A DNA stretch of 64,000 nucleotides from Clostridia bacterium. GTDB lineage: Bacteria; Bacillota; Clostridia; Oscillospirales; CAG-272. Each line of letters starts with the position of its first letter. Position 1 is the first letter of the stretch. A model generated the notes under the pieces. It searched no databases and was not told the origin of the DNA. It saw only the letters and a list, made by a program, of their open reading frames with translations. The stretch spans positions 6,265-70,264 of the forward strand of contig JAFTRE010000023.1 of the NCBI GenBank assembly GCA_017462385.1, read 5' to 3'. A program made the translations under genes and the position numbers. Positions 54,757-64,000 of this stretch are shown in pieces.

Positions 54757-56079
54757 ATGACCAAAATTATACGTATTATTTTAGCAACGGTGCTTGCCGC
54801 ACTTATGGTGCTTTTGGCGGCTTGCGGCAATACCGAGCCAAATAAAGATGACCACACCACCACGCCATCCGATAATGTCGGTACATCGGATATTGCCGAC
54901 ACCTCCGACACATCTACTCCCGATACCACTCCCGTTGAACCGGAGGATCCGCTAAAGGAGCAAAAGGCACAGGTAAAGCAAAAGGTACTTGCTATCATGG
55001 CGGAGGATGACAAAGAGAGTCCGACCTCTCTATTTGAGTTTTTCTGCGGTGATTACAGCATCGGTTTTGTTGCAGACAATAACGATTTCGGCGCGTCCGT
55101 CAACCGCATCTGGCAAAAGGACGGTGTCACCGCTATCGAATATAAGGACGGCAGAACCGAATATACGCTTGTGAGAAACGGCTATCAGTTTAAGCTGGTG
55201 TCAAGAGAAGGCAATACAGAAGTTACTTCCGTGGCGGCTGTTACCAATCCCGACAAATATGTTCCGTCCATATTCGCAGATTTCAGCATTGATATAAGTG
55301 CTATTTACAGCGGGGCCGAGGATCAGACAGATGTGGATGACCCGCCCCTCTCCGAGGATATGCTGACAGTCAGTGAGGATCTTAAAACCTGTACTTTTTC
55401 GGATGAATATATGGCGTCGGTTACCGACATGCTTTTGACGGAAATGGATTATTCCGAGGAGGACAAGGTGGCTTTTCTTGCCGAATATTCGGGCAGCGGC
55501 GTTTATACCGCGGAGGATAATTCGGTGGTCTTCATTATCAAGGGTAAGGAAAAAACGCTGGGCGACATGACCATTACCGTTTCGTATGTTCAAGATGATA
55601 AGAACGGATACAGTATGTCCACCAAAATGGAATATACCATCACGGCAGAGGGTATTTCCATTCCCACCTCAAATGAGCTTATTATCAGAGATGTCAAATA
55701 TGACGGAAACACTCCCGTGTCAGCGACTGTTGAAAGCCGCGTTCTGGAGCAAAACGCCACGATAGTCTCGGAGGGCTTGACCTATACTGTCAATACATCA
55801 AATATCAGCTTGTTTTATCTTGACACGCAGACTCCGACGCTGAATGTCAATATTATGCAGCAGTCCGATACCGCGGTGGCGGGGCAGACTGTGTCTCAAA
55901 GCGCGCAGATAGACTTGATGCTCAAGCAGCGTTCGCTAAGCTATATGGCAGCACAAAACAGCGTTGTTTATTCCGAGGTGAGCGGAGAAAATGTTACATT
56001 GGCCGCTCCCGAGGACGCCGTGATACCTCAGATAGTCTATGACCTTGCGGATAAGGCGTATTACGATATTGTGCAGTAA
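54757..56079 (+). CDS. Lipoprotein of unknown function
   Basis: LAAC lipobox; T/D/P linker; beta-rich acidic body; AAAGGAG RBS. Confidence 0.8.
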   Translation: MTKIIRIILATVLAALMVLLAACGNTEPNKDDHTTTPSDNVGTSDIADTSDTSTPDTTPVEPEDPLKEQKAQVKQKVLAIMAEDDKESPTSLFEFFCGDYSIGFVADNNDFGASVNRIWQKDGVTAIEYKDGRTEYTLVRNGYQFKLVSREGNTEVTSVAAVTNPDKYVPSIFADFSIDISAIYSGAEDQTDVDDPPLSEDMLTVSEDLKTCTFSDEYMASVTDMLLTEMDYSEEDKVAFLAEYSGSGVYTAEDNSVVFIIKGKEKTLGDMTITVSYVQDDKNGYSMSTKMEYTITAEGISIPTSNELIIRDVKYDGNTPVSATVESRVLEQNATIVSEGLTYTVNTSNISLFYLDTQTPTLNVNIMQQSDTAVAGQTVSQSAQIDLMLKQRSLSYMAAQNSVVYSEVSGENVTLAAPEDAVIPQIVYDLADKAYYDIVQ

Positions 56080-56099
56080 AAATAATGATTATATAAAAG

Positions 56100-56140
56100 C
56101 GAGAGGATGTCTCAAATGTAAAATTTGAGACATCCTCTCG
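56100..56140. terminator. Long palindrome or terminator
   Basis: CGAGAGGATGTCTCAAAT-GTAAA-ATTTGAGACATCCTCTCG. Confidence 0.65.
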
Positions 56141-56154
56141 TGTAAAGAAGCCTG

Positions 56155-56251
56155 TCGATATGCTCGCCGATGGCGAGCTCGATATATTCGTCTTGCGACG
56201 AACTCGATATATTTGGCGCTGTGCGCCAAATTCGATATGCCGCTTCGCGGC
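56155..56251. repeat. Hairpin-ladder element F (single arm, 4 TCGATAT units)
   Basis: TCGATAT at 56155, 56179, 56204, 56232, each followed by a hairpin. Confidence 0.88.
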
Positions 56252-56351
56252 AGGAATTTCCGTCAGGGCGTTTCATGCGGAGCAAGGAAACGCTGAGTTT
56301 ACCTAACGAGATGAACTATAAATTTAATATCTGCCCCTTTGGTTAAAAAGT

Positions 56352-56396
56352 TTTGAGGGGAGTTTGAGGGGAACTTTTTCAAAAGTTCCCCTCAAA
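56352..56396. repeat. Palindromic repeat (TTTGAGGG..CCCTCAAA family, copy 2)
   Basis: TTTGAGGGGAG-TTTGAGGGGAACTTTT-TC-AAAAGTTCCCCTCAAA; related to 5266-5298. Confidence 0.7.
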
Positions 56397-56404
56397 AATA
56401 TAAT

Positions 56405-57643
56405 TTATCTTACCTGTCCATTCCCGTAAACGCGGTACTGAGTGGTAGTCAGCGCCTCCATGGCAAAGGGGCCGCGGACGTGCAGCTTTTGAGTCGAGAT
56501 ACCGATCTCGGCACCCATGCCGAACACGCCACCGTCAGTAAAGCGGGTCGAAGCGTTGTGATAAAGCGCGGCGGCGTCCACATGAGTCAGAAAATATTCG
56601 GCGGCGGCGCTGTCCTCGGCGACGATCGCCTCGGAGTGGCGAGTGCCGTATTTGTTGATGTGGCGGACAGCCTGCTCGACATTGTCGACCACGCCGACGG
56701 CGAGAATATAGTCATTATATTCTCGGGCGAAATCGTCATCTGTCGCGGGGGTTGCGTCGGGGATGTACTTCATGACGGCGGAATCGGCTCGCAGCTCAAC
56801 ATTCTTTTCGCGTAGAGCCGCGGCGGCAACAGGCAAAAACCTTTCGGCGATAGCCGCATCGCACAGCAAGGTCTCGGCGGCGTTGCAAACAGACGGACGC
56901 TGTGTCTTGGCGTTTATGATTATGTTGACCGCCATGCTGATGTCGGCGCTCGAATGAACGTAAACATGGCAGTTGCCGGCACCTGTTTCTATGACGGGAA
57001 CTCGGGCGTTGTCCACAACATTGCGAATAAGACCCGCACCTCCGCGCGGAATGACCAGATCAACGTGCCCGCGCAGCGTCAACAGAATATTGACGCTCTC
57101 GCGGTCGGTGTCCTCAATTAGAGACACGGCATCCCGTGCACCGAAAGGAGAGAGCGCGTCGCGAAGCACCGCGACAATGGCGCGGTTGGTCTCGATAGCC
57201 TCGCTTCCGCCGCGCAAAATGACAGCGTTGCCGCTCTTGAGGCACAGCACAGACGCGTCGACCGTGACATTGGGACGGGCTTCGTATACCATGGCAATCA
57301 CGCCCAGCGGGACACGGTGGCGGGTGATATGCATTCCGTTGGGGCGGGTGTCCTCGTATTCACAGCGAATGGGATCGGGGAGTGCGCGCACCTCGTCAAT
57401 GGAGGCGGCGATGTCGGCAATGCGCGATTGTGTCAGCGTCAAACGGTCCAGCATCGCGGCTGAAATACCTTTTTCGCGAGCGCGTGTCAGGTCGATGTCG
57501 TTTGCGGCGAGTATTTTATCCTGCGCGGCAATAAGAGCGGCGGGGAGCGCGGCGAGAATGCGGTCGCGAGAGTCGGCGCTGAGAAGCGAGGGGAGAGAAG
57601 CACGCGCCGCGTCGCACAGCGCGATAAGCTCGGTTTTTGTCAT
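56405..57643 (-). CDS. proA: Gamma-glutamyl phosphate reductase
   Basis: Motifs VPLGVI..YEARPNV, IPRGG, GNCH, RPSVCNA, NASTRFTDG..G.GAEIGISTQKLH.RGP. Confidence 0.97.
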   Translation of the reverse strand: MTKTELIALCDAARASLPSLLSADSRDRILAALPAALIAAQDKILAANDIDLTRAREKGISAAMLDRLTLTQSRIADIAASIDEVRALPDPIRCEYEDTRPNGMHITRHRVPLGVIAMVYEARPNVTVDASVLCLKSGNAVILRGGSEAIETNRAIVAVLRDALSPFGARDAVSLIEDTDRESVNILLTLRGHVDLVIPRGGAGLIRNVVDNARVPVIETGAGNCHVYVHSSADISMAVNIIINAKTQRPSVCNAAETLLCDAAIAERFLPVAAAALREKNVELRADSAVMKYIPDATPATDDDFAREYNDYILAVGVVDNVEQAVRHINKYGTRHSEAIVAEDSAAAEYFLTHVDAAALYHNASTRFTDGGVFGMGAEIGISTQKLHVRGPFAMEALTTTQYRVYGNGQVR

Positions 57644-57772
57644 AAAGATCTCCGTTCTGCCGCCGGGAGGGCGGCAAATATAATGCGTAAGAATTTAAAA
57701 AACATATTGCAAAATTTAAAGTTTTATTATACAATATATAATAACATAAAAATGGCGAAAGTTGAAGTACTT

Positions 57773-58561
57773 ATGGAAAAAAAGCAAAAAATAATTGTAG
57801 TAAAAGTGGGCACATCCACGCTGACGCACGCCACGGGCATGCTTAACATACGTAAAATAGAGCATTTGTGCCGAGTCCTCTGTGATATCGAAAACAGCGG
57901 GGTAAAGCTGGTGCTGGTATCGTCGGGTGCGGTTTCTGCGGGATGGGTTAAAATGGGTCTTACCCACAGCCCCGACACCGTCAGCGAAAAGCAAGCGGCG
58001 GCGGCGATAGGTCAGTGCGAACTAATGAGCCTTTACGATAAATATATGCTGGAATACGGTTATGTGGTGGCACAGCTGCTGTTGACAAAGGACGTGGTCG
58101 ACATTCCGCTTCGCCGCGAAAACGCCCAGTCGACACTGGGGCTGTTGCTTGAGAAAAGATGCATCCCGATAGTCAATGAGAACGACACCGTTTCGTTTGA
58201 GGGTATCAAGATCGGCGGCAACGATATTTTAGCGGCATACGTCGCGGCGATTTCAAATGCCGATCTGCTCATAAATTTGTCCGATGTTGACGGATTTTTT
58301 GACAGCAATCCCAACCAAAACCCCGATGCCCGCCTTATTCCTGTGGTCGAGCGAGTGGATGACGCTCTGCTCTCACTCGCGGGCGGCGCGGGAACGGCAC
58401 GCGGTACGGGCGGCATGCGCGCAAAGCTTGAGGCGGCGCAGATCTGCTACGACGCAGGTGTACCCATGATCATAGCCAACGGCGCCAACCCCGACATACT
58501 TTATGATATCTGCGCGGGCAAGCAGATCGGTACACTGTTCAAAGCACCCGCTAAGAAATGA
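57773..58561 (+). CDS. proB: Glutamate 5-kinase (no PUA domain)
   Basis: Motifs VKVGTS, VSSGAV, AAAIGQ, NENDTV, GTGGM..K; start may instead be 57752. Confidence 0.95.
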   Translation: MEKKQKIIVVKVGTSTLTHATGMLNIRKIEHLCRVLCDIENSGVKLVLVSSGAVSAGWVKMGLTHSPDTVSEKQAAAAIGQCELMSLYDKYMLEYGYVVAQLLLTKDVVDIPLRRENAQSTLGLLLEKRCIPIVNENDTVSFEGIKIGGNDILAAYVAAISNADLLINLSDVDGFFDSNPNQNPDARLIPVVERVDDALLSLAGGAGTARGTGGMRAKLEAAQICYDAGVPMIIANGANPDILYDICAGKQIGTLFKAPAKK

Positions 58562-58572
58562 GAGGAAAACAT

Positions 58573-59352
58573 ATGAAGCTTGGATTTTTAGGTTACGGAA
58601 ACCTCGCCCGCGCACTGGTGCGAGGCGTTTGCGGACAGGGCATATTGCCGTCCGAAAATATAGTTATTTGTGCCAAGACCGAGGCGACACTGGCGTTTGC
58701 ACGTGCCGAGGGGCACGGCACAGTGAAGTCTGTGGATGAGCTGTTTGACGCTTGCGAGATAGTGGTACTGGCTATTAAGCCCAAAATATTCCGCGAGATG
58801 AAATATGAGCTTATGCGCGTGAATACCCTGGGTAAGCGCGTTATCAGTGTTATGGCGGCTGTCAAGCTGGATGAGCTGGAGGACGTTATGCGTTGTCCCG
58901 TCATGAGAGTCATGCCCACGCTGGCAGCGGCTGATGCTAAAGATATACTTGGCTATAGCTATACCGCCGGCTTTGATGACGTAGCGCCTTATCTCGGACG
59001 TCTCGGCGACGCGCTGAGACTCGACGAGCCCATGCTTGAGCGACTGACGGTTGCCGCGTCTTGCGGACTCGGCTTTGCCGCGCACATACTTGAGGCGTAT
59101 AAAAAAGAATGTGTCAGCTTTGGCTTTGAGCCGGGTCAGGCGGAGACCATAACCCGCCGTATGTTCGGCTATGCTGCCTCAAATACCTCCACCGTGCCCG
59201 AGGTCGACGGTTTTGAGGAGCTGGAGCACAGAGTGGCAACCAAGGGCGGAGTCACCGAGGCGGGCAATATTGCGATGAACGAAAAGCTCACCGAGGCACT
59301 TGACGCGGCGTTTACAGTCGCGGGCGAGCGCGCGGGAGTCAAGAAGGATTGA
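58573..59352 (+). CDS. proC: Pyrroline-5-carboxylate reductase
   Basis: Motifs GFLGYGNL, LAIKP, RVMP, VATKGGVT; follows proB. Confidence 0.88.
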   Translation: MKLGFLGYGNLARALVRGVCGQGILPSENIVICAKTEATLAFARAEGHGTVKSVDELFDACEIVVLAIKPKIFREMKYELMRVNTLGKRVISVMAAVKLDELEDVMRCPVMRVMPTLAAADAKDILGYSYTAGFDDVAPYLGRLGDALRLDEPMLERLTVAASCGLGFAAHILEAYKKECVSFGFEPGQAETITRRMFGYAASNTSTVPEVDGFEELEHRVATKGGVTEAGNIAMNEKLTEALDAAFTVAGERAGVKKD

Positions 59353-59416
59353 CCCCGCATCCCCTAAAAAACTTTACAAATAAAGGCATTGTATATGCAG
59401 AAAGCAGGTTTTAAGA

Positions 59417-61225
59417 ATGAAACATAAAAGCTTTATAAAGATAACGGCGGCAGTGCTGTTGACAGTTCAGCTTATGACGCTGTTTTCGTGCGGCAAGCCG
59501 CAAGGGGATAGCGAGGATACAATGCTGTCCGACGGCATCGCGGATGATTCCGTGGCAAGCGATACCACGACCGCGGCAGCGGTCGACGTGGATGTGTCAA
59601 AATATTCTGTGATACGCCCCGAGGATTGCGAGAAAATACTTACCGATGCTTCCGTTGATCTGCGCGGGCAGCTTTCCGATGCTTGCGGAACACAGCTGAA
59701 AATAGAGACCGACTGGGTAAAGCCGGGCGAGACGGTTGACAACGAGTCATATGAGATACTTGTCGGAGCAACCAACCGCGATGCCAGCACACAGGTGTTG
59801 CAGGATCTGGGATATGGCGACTATGTGATCGATGTGGTTGGCAATAAAATAGTTATATGCGGCGGCTCGGACGCCTCTACGGTTTCCGCTGTAGAATATT
59901 TCCGTGCCAATTGCGTTGTTGACGGCAAGGTAGTTATTCGAGAACGCATAGAGCACAAAAAGGTTTATTTGGCGACCGACATAACTGTTGGCGGCATCTC
60001 CATTGAGAAGTTTACCATCGTTTATGATGGCAACGGCGCCGCCGCCGACGGTATCAAAATAGCAAAGTCATTGCAGGCAATGATACTTGAATATACCGGC
60101 AAGCAGCTTGAAATAGCTTCCGATACTCGTACCGCCTCGGACAATGAAATAGTAATCGGTGAAACGAATCGCCCTTACAGTAAGCAGTTGTATCAAACCG
60201 AATACGACACCTACGATTATCATATTGAGTTCAAGGACGGCAAGCTGTATTTTTCGGGTGGCGGTTGCTTCGGACTTCAATATTGTGTCAATTATCTTAA
60301 AGACTTGTATATATCAGTAGGTTTTTCCGTGCCCGAAACGCTGTCGGCAGATGGATCCATGTACGGTAAGCAGATATATTTCTTTGAGAACGGCGGAGAT
60401 GTCCGCATTATGAGCAACAATGTCTGGGATTGTGACTCCAACAAGTCGGCATGGGAGGCGCTGGGCGAAAACTGCTCCGCCAAGACCCGATCTGTAGGAC
60501 TTGCGGCGACATATATGGCATATGCTCCCGATGTTATCTGTCTTCAGGAAATGTCAATACTGATGATAGGATTTATACAGAAGGAGCTTAAGAATAACGG
60601 ACATCCTTATAAGCTTCTGACATACACCTCGGGAAGTGACGCGGACAACACTTGTATACTTTACCGCGAAGATACACTCAAATTGCTCGATAAAGGTCAC
60701 CATGAATTCACTTACGGTAACAACGGTGGCTCAAAGTCATATACCTGGGGATATTTCGAGCAGATAGAAACGGGTAAAAAGTTTACCGCGCTGTCAACGC
60801 ATATGTGGTATAAATCCGAGTCCGCACAAGCGGGAAGCGATTCTCTTCGCGAGCGTCAGGCGGCTGAAATAGTTGCGGCTATGGACGAGGTCATCGCAAA
60901 ATACGATTGCCCCGTGTTTGTAATGGGTGACTTTAATACCCGCACCACTACCGCCGCATTTAAGGTGTTTATCAACGGCGGATTTAAAAACACTTATTCG
61001 CTTGCCTCCGTGTTTGCCGACAACCATCGCGGCAGACATACCTGCAATGCCGACGGCTTTGCGCTCGAGGAGTCTGCGGGCACATATTCTGCCGATGCCA
61101 TTGACCATATACTGCTCAAAAACGGCGGCGACACTAATATATACACCTTTGATCATGCACGTCCTTACTTCTACATAAAGCTTTCCGATCACTATCCCGT
61201 ATTTGTTGATGCCAAGCTGGATTAA
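59417..61225 (+). CDS. Lipoprotein with two EI.(V/I)G.TNR domains and a C-terminal EEP phosphoesterase domain
   Basis: LFSC lipobox; repeats YEILVGATNR and NEIVIGETNR; EEP motifs LQE, STH, MGDFN, IDHI, SDHYPV. Confidence 0.85.
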   Translation: MKHKSFIKITAAVLLTVQLMTLFSCGKPQGDSEDTMLSDGIADDSVASDTTTAAAVDVDVSKYSVIRPEDCEKILTDASVDLRGQLSDACGTQLKIETDWVKPGETVDNESYEILVGATNRDASTQVLQDLGYGDYVIDVVGNKIVICGGSDASTVSAVEYFRANCVVDGKVVIRERIEHKKVYLATDITVGGISIEKFTIVYDGNGAAADGIKIAKSLQAMILEYTGKQLEIASDTRTASDNEIVIGETNRPYSKQLYQTEYDTYDYHIEFKDGKLYFSGGGCFGLQYCVNYLKDLYISVGFSVPETLSADGSMYGKQIYFFENGGDVRIMSNNVWDCDSNKSAWEALGENCSAKTRSVGLAATYMAYAPDVICLQEMSILMIGFIQKELKNNGHPYKLLTYTSGSDADNTCILYREDTLKLLDKGHHEFTYGNNGGSKSYTWGYFEQIETGKKFTALSTHMWYKSESAQAGSDSLRERQAAEIVAAMDEVIAKYDCPVFVMGDFNTRTTTAAFKVFINGGFKNTYSLASVFADNHRGRHTCNADGFALEESAGTYSADAIDHILLKNGGDTNIYTFDHARPYFYIKLSDHYPVFVDAKLD

Positions 61226-61237
61226 AAGGAGATCTGA

Positions 61238-62446
61238 TTGAGTAATATTATCGATTATATGGACTGGCGCGGAGATGTTCCGCTTTATGCTTGTCCTTTC
61301 AATGAAATAGACAATATTATTCTTGCAATGTCAGCTTTTGTTGATCTCGAAGGCATAGTGCCGAGCGAGATCGATGCCGAGCCTGTCGGCTTTGTCGGAG
61401 CCATGCGAGCCTTCGAGAGGGTGGCCGAATCACGTAAATATCTCGGCGTCCTCATGCCGCCCGAAATGCTGGAGGTGGCGAGAGGGGCAGTGAAAAGTCC
61501 CAGATTTCGGGAGGCGCGGCTTGTCGGGTATGTCAACGAGATAGACGAAGCCGAGAGCATGCAGTTTGCCGCGCTTACCTTTTTGCTTGATGACGGAACG
61601 ATATATGTTGCCTTTCGCGGGACCGACGATACTCTGGTCGGCTGGCGGGAGGATCTCATGATGGGCTTTCATGCGCCCATTCCCGCGCAAACGCGGGCCG
61701 TGTCGTATCTTAGTAGCGTAGCGGCGACATATGACGGACCAATACTCATCGGCGGCCATTCCAAGGGTGGCAATATTGCCATGTGGGCGGCGGCGTTTGC
61801 CGATAATGATACAAAAGGTCGTATCCGCGCAGTTTATAACAACGACGGCCCCGGCTTTTTGCCCGAGATCATTGGCTCGGAGCAGTTTGTGTCGGTTTCG
61901 GACAGAATAATAACATTTATACCGCAGTCGTCGGTGGTCGGAGTACTGCTTGAACAAAGTCCGCAGTATAAGATCATCAAAAGCACGCAGGTGGGCATAC
62001 TTCAGCATGACCCGCTGTCATGGGAGGTCAAGGGGACGCAATTTGTGTATCTCGATAAACGCTCCAAATACGGCGCTCAGTCGGATGAAATGCTCAAAAA
62101 GTGGGTGTATTCCATGAGCGAGGAAGATCGCGAGCAGTTTGCCAATATACTTTTTGCCGCTATTGATTCCACCGGTGCCAAAACGCTGACCGATCTTTCG
62201 GATGCAAAGCTGAAAAATCTCAATGTTATATTAAAATCGCTTCGTTCGCTTGACCGCGAGACACGCGCTAAAATGACGCGGGCAATGGTAAACCTGTTAG
62301 GCAGCCGACCTGCGCCTCAAAAGGCGGAAAAGGCCCCAAAGCCCGAAAAAACAGAAAAAGCACCGAAACCCGACAAGCTGCCGCGAACGGAAAAGGCTGA
62401 AAAGTCGGCAAGACAGGCTAAAAATAAGTCACTCAAGCAGTTATGA
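61238..62446 (+). CDS. DUF2974 (Mbeg1-like) alpha/beta hydrolase
   Basis: Motifs WRGD, FNEID, AFRGTD..LVGW.ED, GHSKGG, DGPGF, QHD..SW; KAPKP low-complexity tail. Confidence 0.9.
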   Translation: MSNIIDYMDWRGDVPLYACPFNEIDNIILAMSAFVDLEGIVPSEIDAEPVGFVGAMRAFERVAESRKYLGVLMPPEMLEVARGAVKSPRFREARLVGYVNEIDEAESMQFAALTFLLDDGTIYVAFRGTDDTLVGWREDLMMGFHAPIPAQTRAVSYLSSVAATYDGPILIGGHSKGGNIAMWAAAFADNDTKGRIRAVYNNDGPGFLPEIIGSEQFVSVSDRIITFIPQSSVVGVLLEQSPQYKIIKSTQVGILQHDPLSWEVKGTQFVYLDKRSKYGAQSDEMLKKWVYSMSEEDREQFANILFAAIDSTGAKTLTDLSDAKLKNLNVILKSLRSLDRETRAKMTRAMVNLLGSRPAPQKAEKAPKPEKTEKAPKPDKLPRTEKAEKSARQAKNKSLKQL

Positions 62447-62482
62447 TTGACATTTGGGCACAAGTGTGCTAAAATAGAGAAG

Positions 62483-62830
62483 CAACTTTGCTGAACGGTC
62501 GCGCGGTATGTAGCCGAAAGGTATTACCGTGAGGAAAGTCCGGGCTTCACAGGGCAGGATAGCTGATAACGTCAGCCGCAGGTGACTGCCGGGAAAGTGC
62601 AACAGAAATAAACCGCCGGAAACGGTAAGGATGGAAAGGCGAGGTAAGAGCTCACCCGTTCCTATGGTAACATAGGTCCGCTGTAAACCCTATCCGAAGC
62701 AACACCGCATGGGGGTCGTTTGCCCGACATATGCCCCCGGGTGGCACGGGAGATATCCCGAAGCGCTGTGGTGACACAGCGCGAAGATAGATGACCGTTC
62801 ACGACAGAACCCGGCTTACAGGCAGAGTTG
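62483..62830 (+). ncRNA. rnpB: RNase P RNA, bacterial type A
   Basis: GAGGAAAGTCCGGGC..AGTGCAACAGAAA..ACAGAACCCGGCTTA; P1 CAACTTTGC/GCAGAGTTG; upstream TTGACA..TAAAAT promoter and downstream terminator. Confidence 0.97.
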
Positions 62831-62875
62831 TAAAGAAAAAAGCGTCCGCTGATTTTTCAGCCGACGCTTTTTTCT

Positions 62876-64000
62876 TTATACTTTTTGTTCGATCATGTGA
62901 TTGACCTTATCGCGAAGCGCGAGCAGGGTCGGGCTGTCGCAGACGCATTTGTGGAATACGATCTCACCGCATATTGCCTCCATGGCGACAAGCGTTGCTT
63001 CGCGGCCGCAAAGCTTTTCACACAGCGCCAGCGCGCGGGCGTCCTGAAGCGCCTCGTGGAATTGGACTATGCGCACAGACTCGGTTGCCGTGCCGTCGCG
63101 AGCGGGGTAGACCGAATAGGTATCACCCGAGGGCGCGAAATATTGACCCGTTGAATCGGCGTAAGGATCGACAAAATTGTAGGAGCCTTGGTTGTAATAG
63201 AAATTGTAGCCCCACTGCAAAAATCCCGCAATGTTGTATTTGTAGAACTGCATGCCTATAAAGCGGGTGCGCGCACCGGGCATGGCAAAGAAGCGGTTGG
63301 AAACTCCCACACTCTGACTGCAGCAGTAATAAGCCCAGAGGTCGGGAACATTCACGTCAATAAAGGGCTGAATGTGGTTGGTCGCCACTACGGGAGTTCT
63401 GACCACTCCGCTTTGCCAGAACTCTATATTTGACAGAGCGTCCATTACGGTATATCCCTCAAGCAGATCGGCGACGACGGCGCGTGAGCGGGTGTATTGC
63501 TCCAGGTTTTTGCTGTTGGGCTCGTCAGAAATGTGAAATATGCAACGACGGTCATCGCCGCGAGATTTCATGTGCGCGATAAAGTCGGGCAAAAAGGTGC
63601 GCAGAAAGACGGGATATTCTCCGTCTGCGGCGGGCGTGTCCCAACCGAAAATGCGGCGATATTCGCCGTCAACCGTCGCCATGACCTTGGGGGCGAATGC
63701 CGCACCCCACTGCGTGAACAGGTGGTTTATCTCAAAATATTTGACTCCGACGCGGTCACACATATCTATCCACCGGTCAAGCAGGGAATAATCAAAGCTG
63801 TATTTGCCGCCCTCAAGCGTGACGCCTACAAGCTGAACCGTCGGACGCTCGTGACCGATAGCCGTGTCAAGCGGGGGCGTGAAAAGGGGCGTGAGCAGTG
63901 TATTGATGCCGTTTGAGACAGCGGCGTGGACAAAATTTTCGATGATGCGCCAGTGTTCCTCCGAGAAAACGGGTACGCGGTAGTAGTCGGCGAGGCAGTC
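62876..64000 (-). CDS. DUF4091 / GH123-like glycoside hydrolase, 5' part outside the window
   Basis: Frame open to the window edge (DCLADYY..FSEEHW..TPPLDT); HLFTQWGA, HISDEP, W.YYC, GFLQWGYN, GD..VYP. Confidence 0.85.
   Translation of the reverse strand, partial: DCLADYYRVPVFSEEHWRIIENFVHAAVSNGINTLLTPLFTPPLDTAIGHERPTVQLVGVTLEGGKYSFDYSLLDRWIDMCDRVGVKYFEINHLFTQWGAAFAPKVMATVDGEYRRIFGWDTPAADGEYPVFLRTFLPDFIAHMKSRGDDRRCIFHISDEPNSKNLEQYTRSRAVVADLLEGYTVMDALSNIEFWQSGVVRTPVVATNHIQPFIDVNVPDLWAYYCCSQSVGVSNRFFAMPGARTRFIGMQFYKYNIAGFLQWGYNFYYNQGSYNFVDPYADSTGQYFAPSGDTYSVYPARDGTATESVRIVQFHEALQDARALALCEKLCGREATLVAMEAICGEIVFHKCVCDSPTLLALRDKVNHMIEQKV

Noticed and set aside
62308-62420. KAPKP(E/D)K repeats at the end of the DUF2974 protein (and the basic tail of YgiQ, 40810-41000)
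   Set aside because: Ordinary low-complexity tails with no evidence of a distinct function.

Overview
64 kb of chromosome from an anaerobic, probably spore-forming Clostridia-type Firmicute (spoVM present; moderately GC-rich coding DNA, AT-rich intergenic DNA). It is mostly housekeeping: TPP riboswitch-thiT, alaA-purB-purA, an 8-gene aromatic amino acid operon (pheA aroB aroC aroE/K aroQ aroA tyrA aroG-type), cysE, yicC-remA-rpoZ-priA-def-fmt-rsmB-ygiQ, spoVM-thiN, rlmH, four tRNAs, proA/proBC, rnpB, and several secreted or lipoprotein hydrolases. I see no transposase, integrase, cas gene or prophage. The most unusual signals are non-coding. (1) A family of six intergenic hairpin-ladder elements: arms of about four 7-9 nt direct repeats (TCGATAT, AGTGATATT or ATGAATT), each followed by a variable GC-rich hairpin. 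Full copies have two inverted arms, and GNA/GNNA loops tend to lie on opposite strands in the two arms, which suggests a DNA-level REP/REPIN-like system. (2) A ribosome-dependent attenuator with an F-Y-Y-Y leader peptide, rather than a T-box, before the aromatic operon. (3) tRNA T-arm-derived hairpin units behind tRNA-His. (4) Two surface proteins ending in a GGCGG-TM-basic signal instead of LPxTG. (5) A ProA paralog lacking its catalytic cysteine. All calls come from reading the sequence by eye; no searches or folding programs were run.
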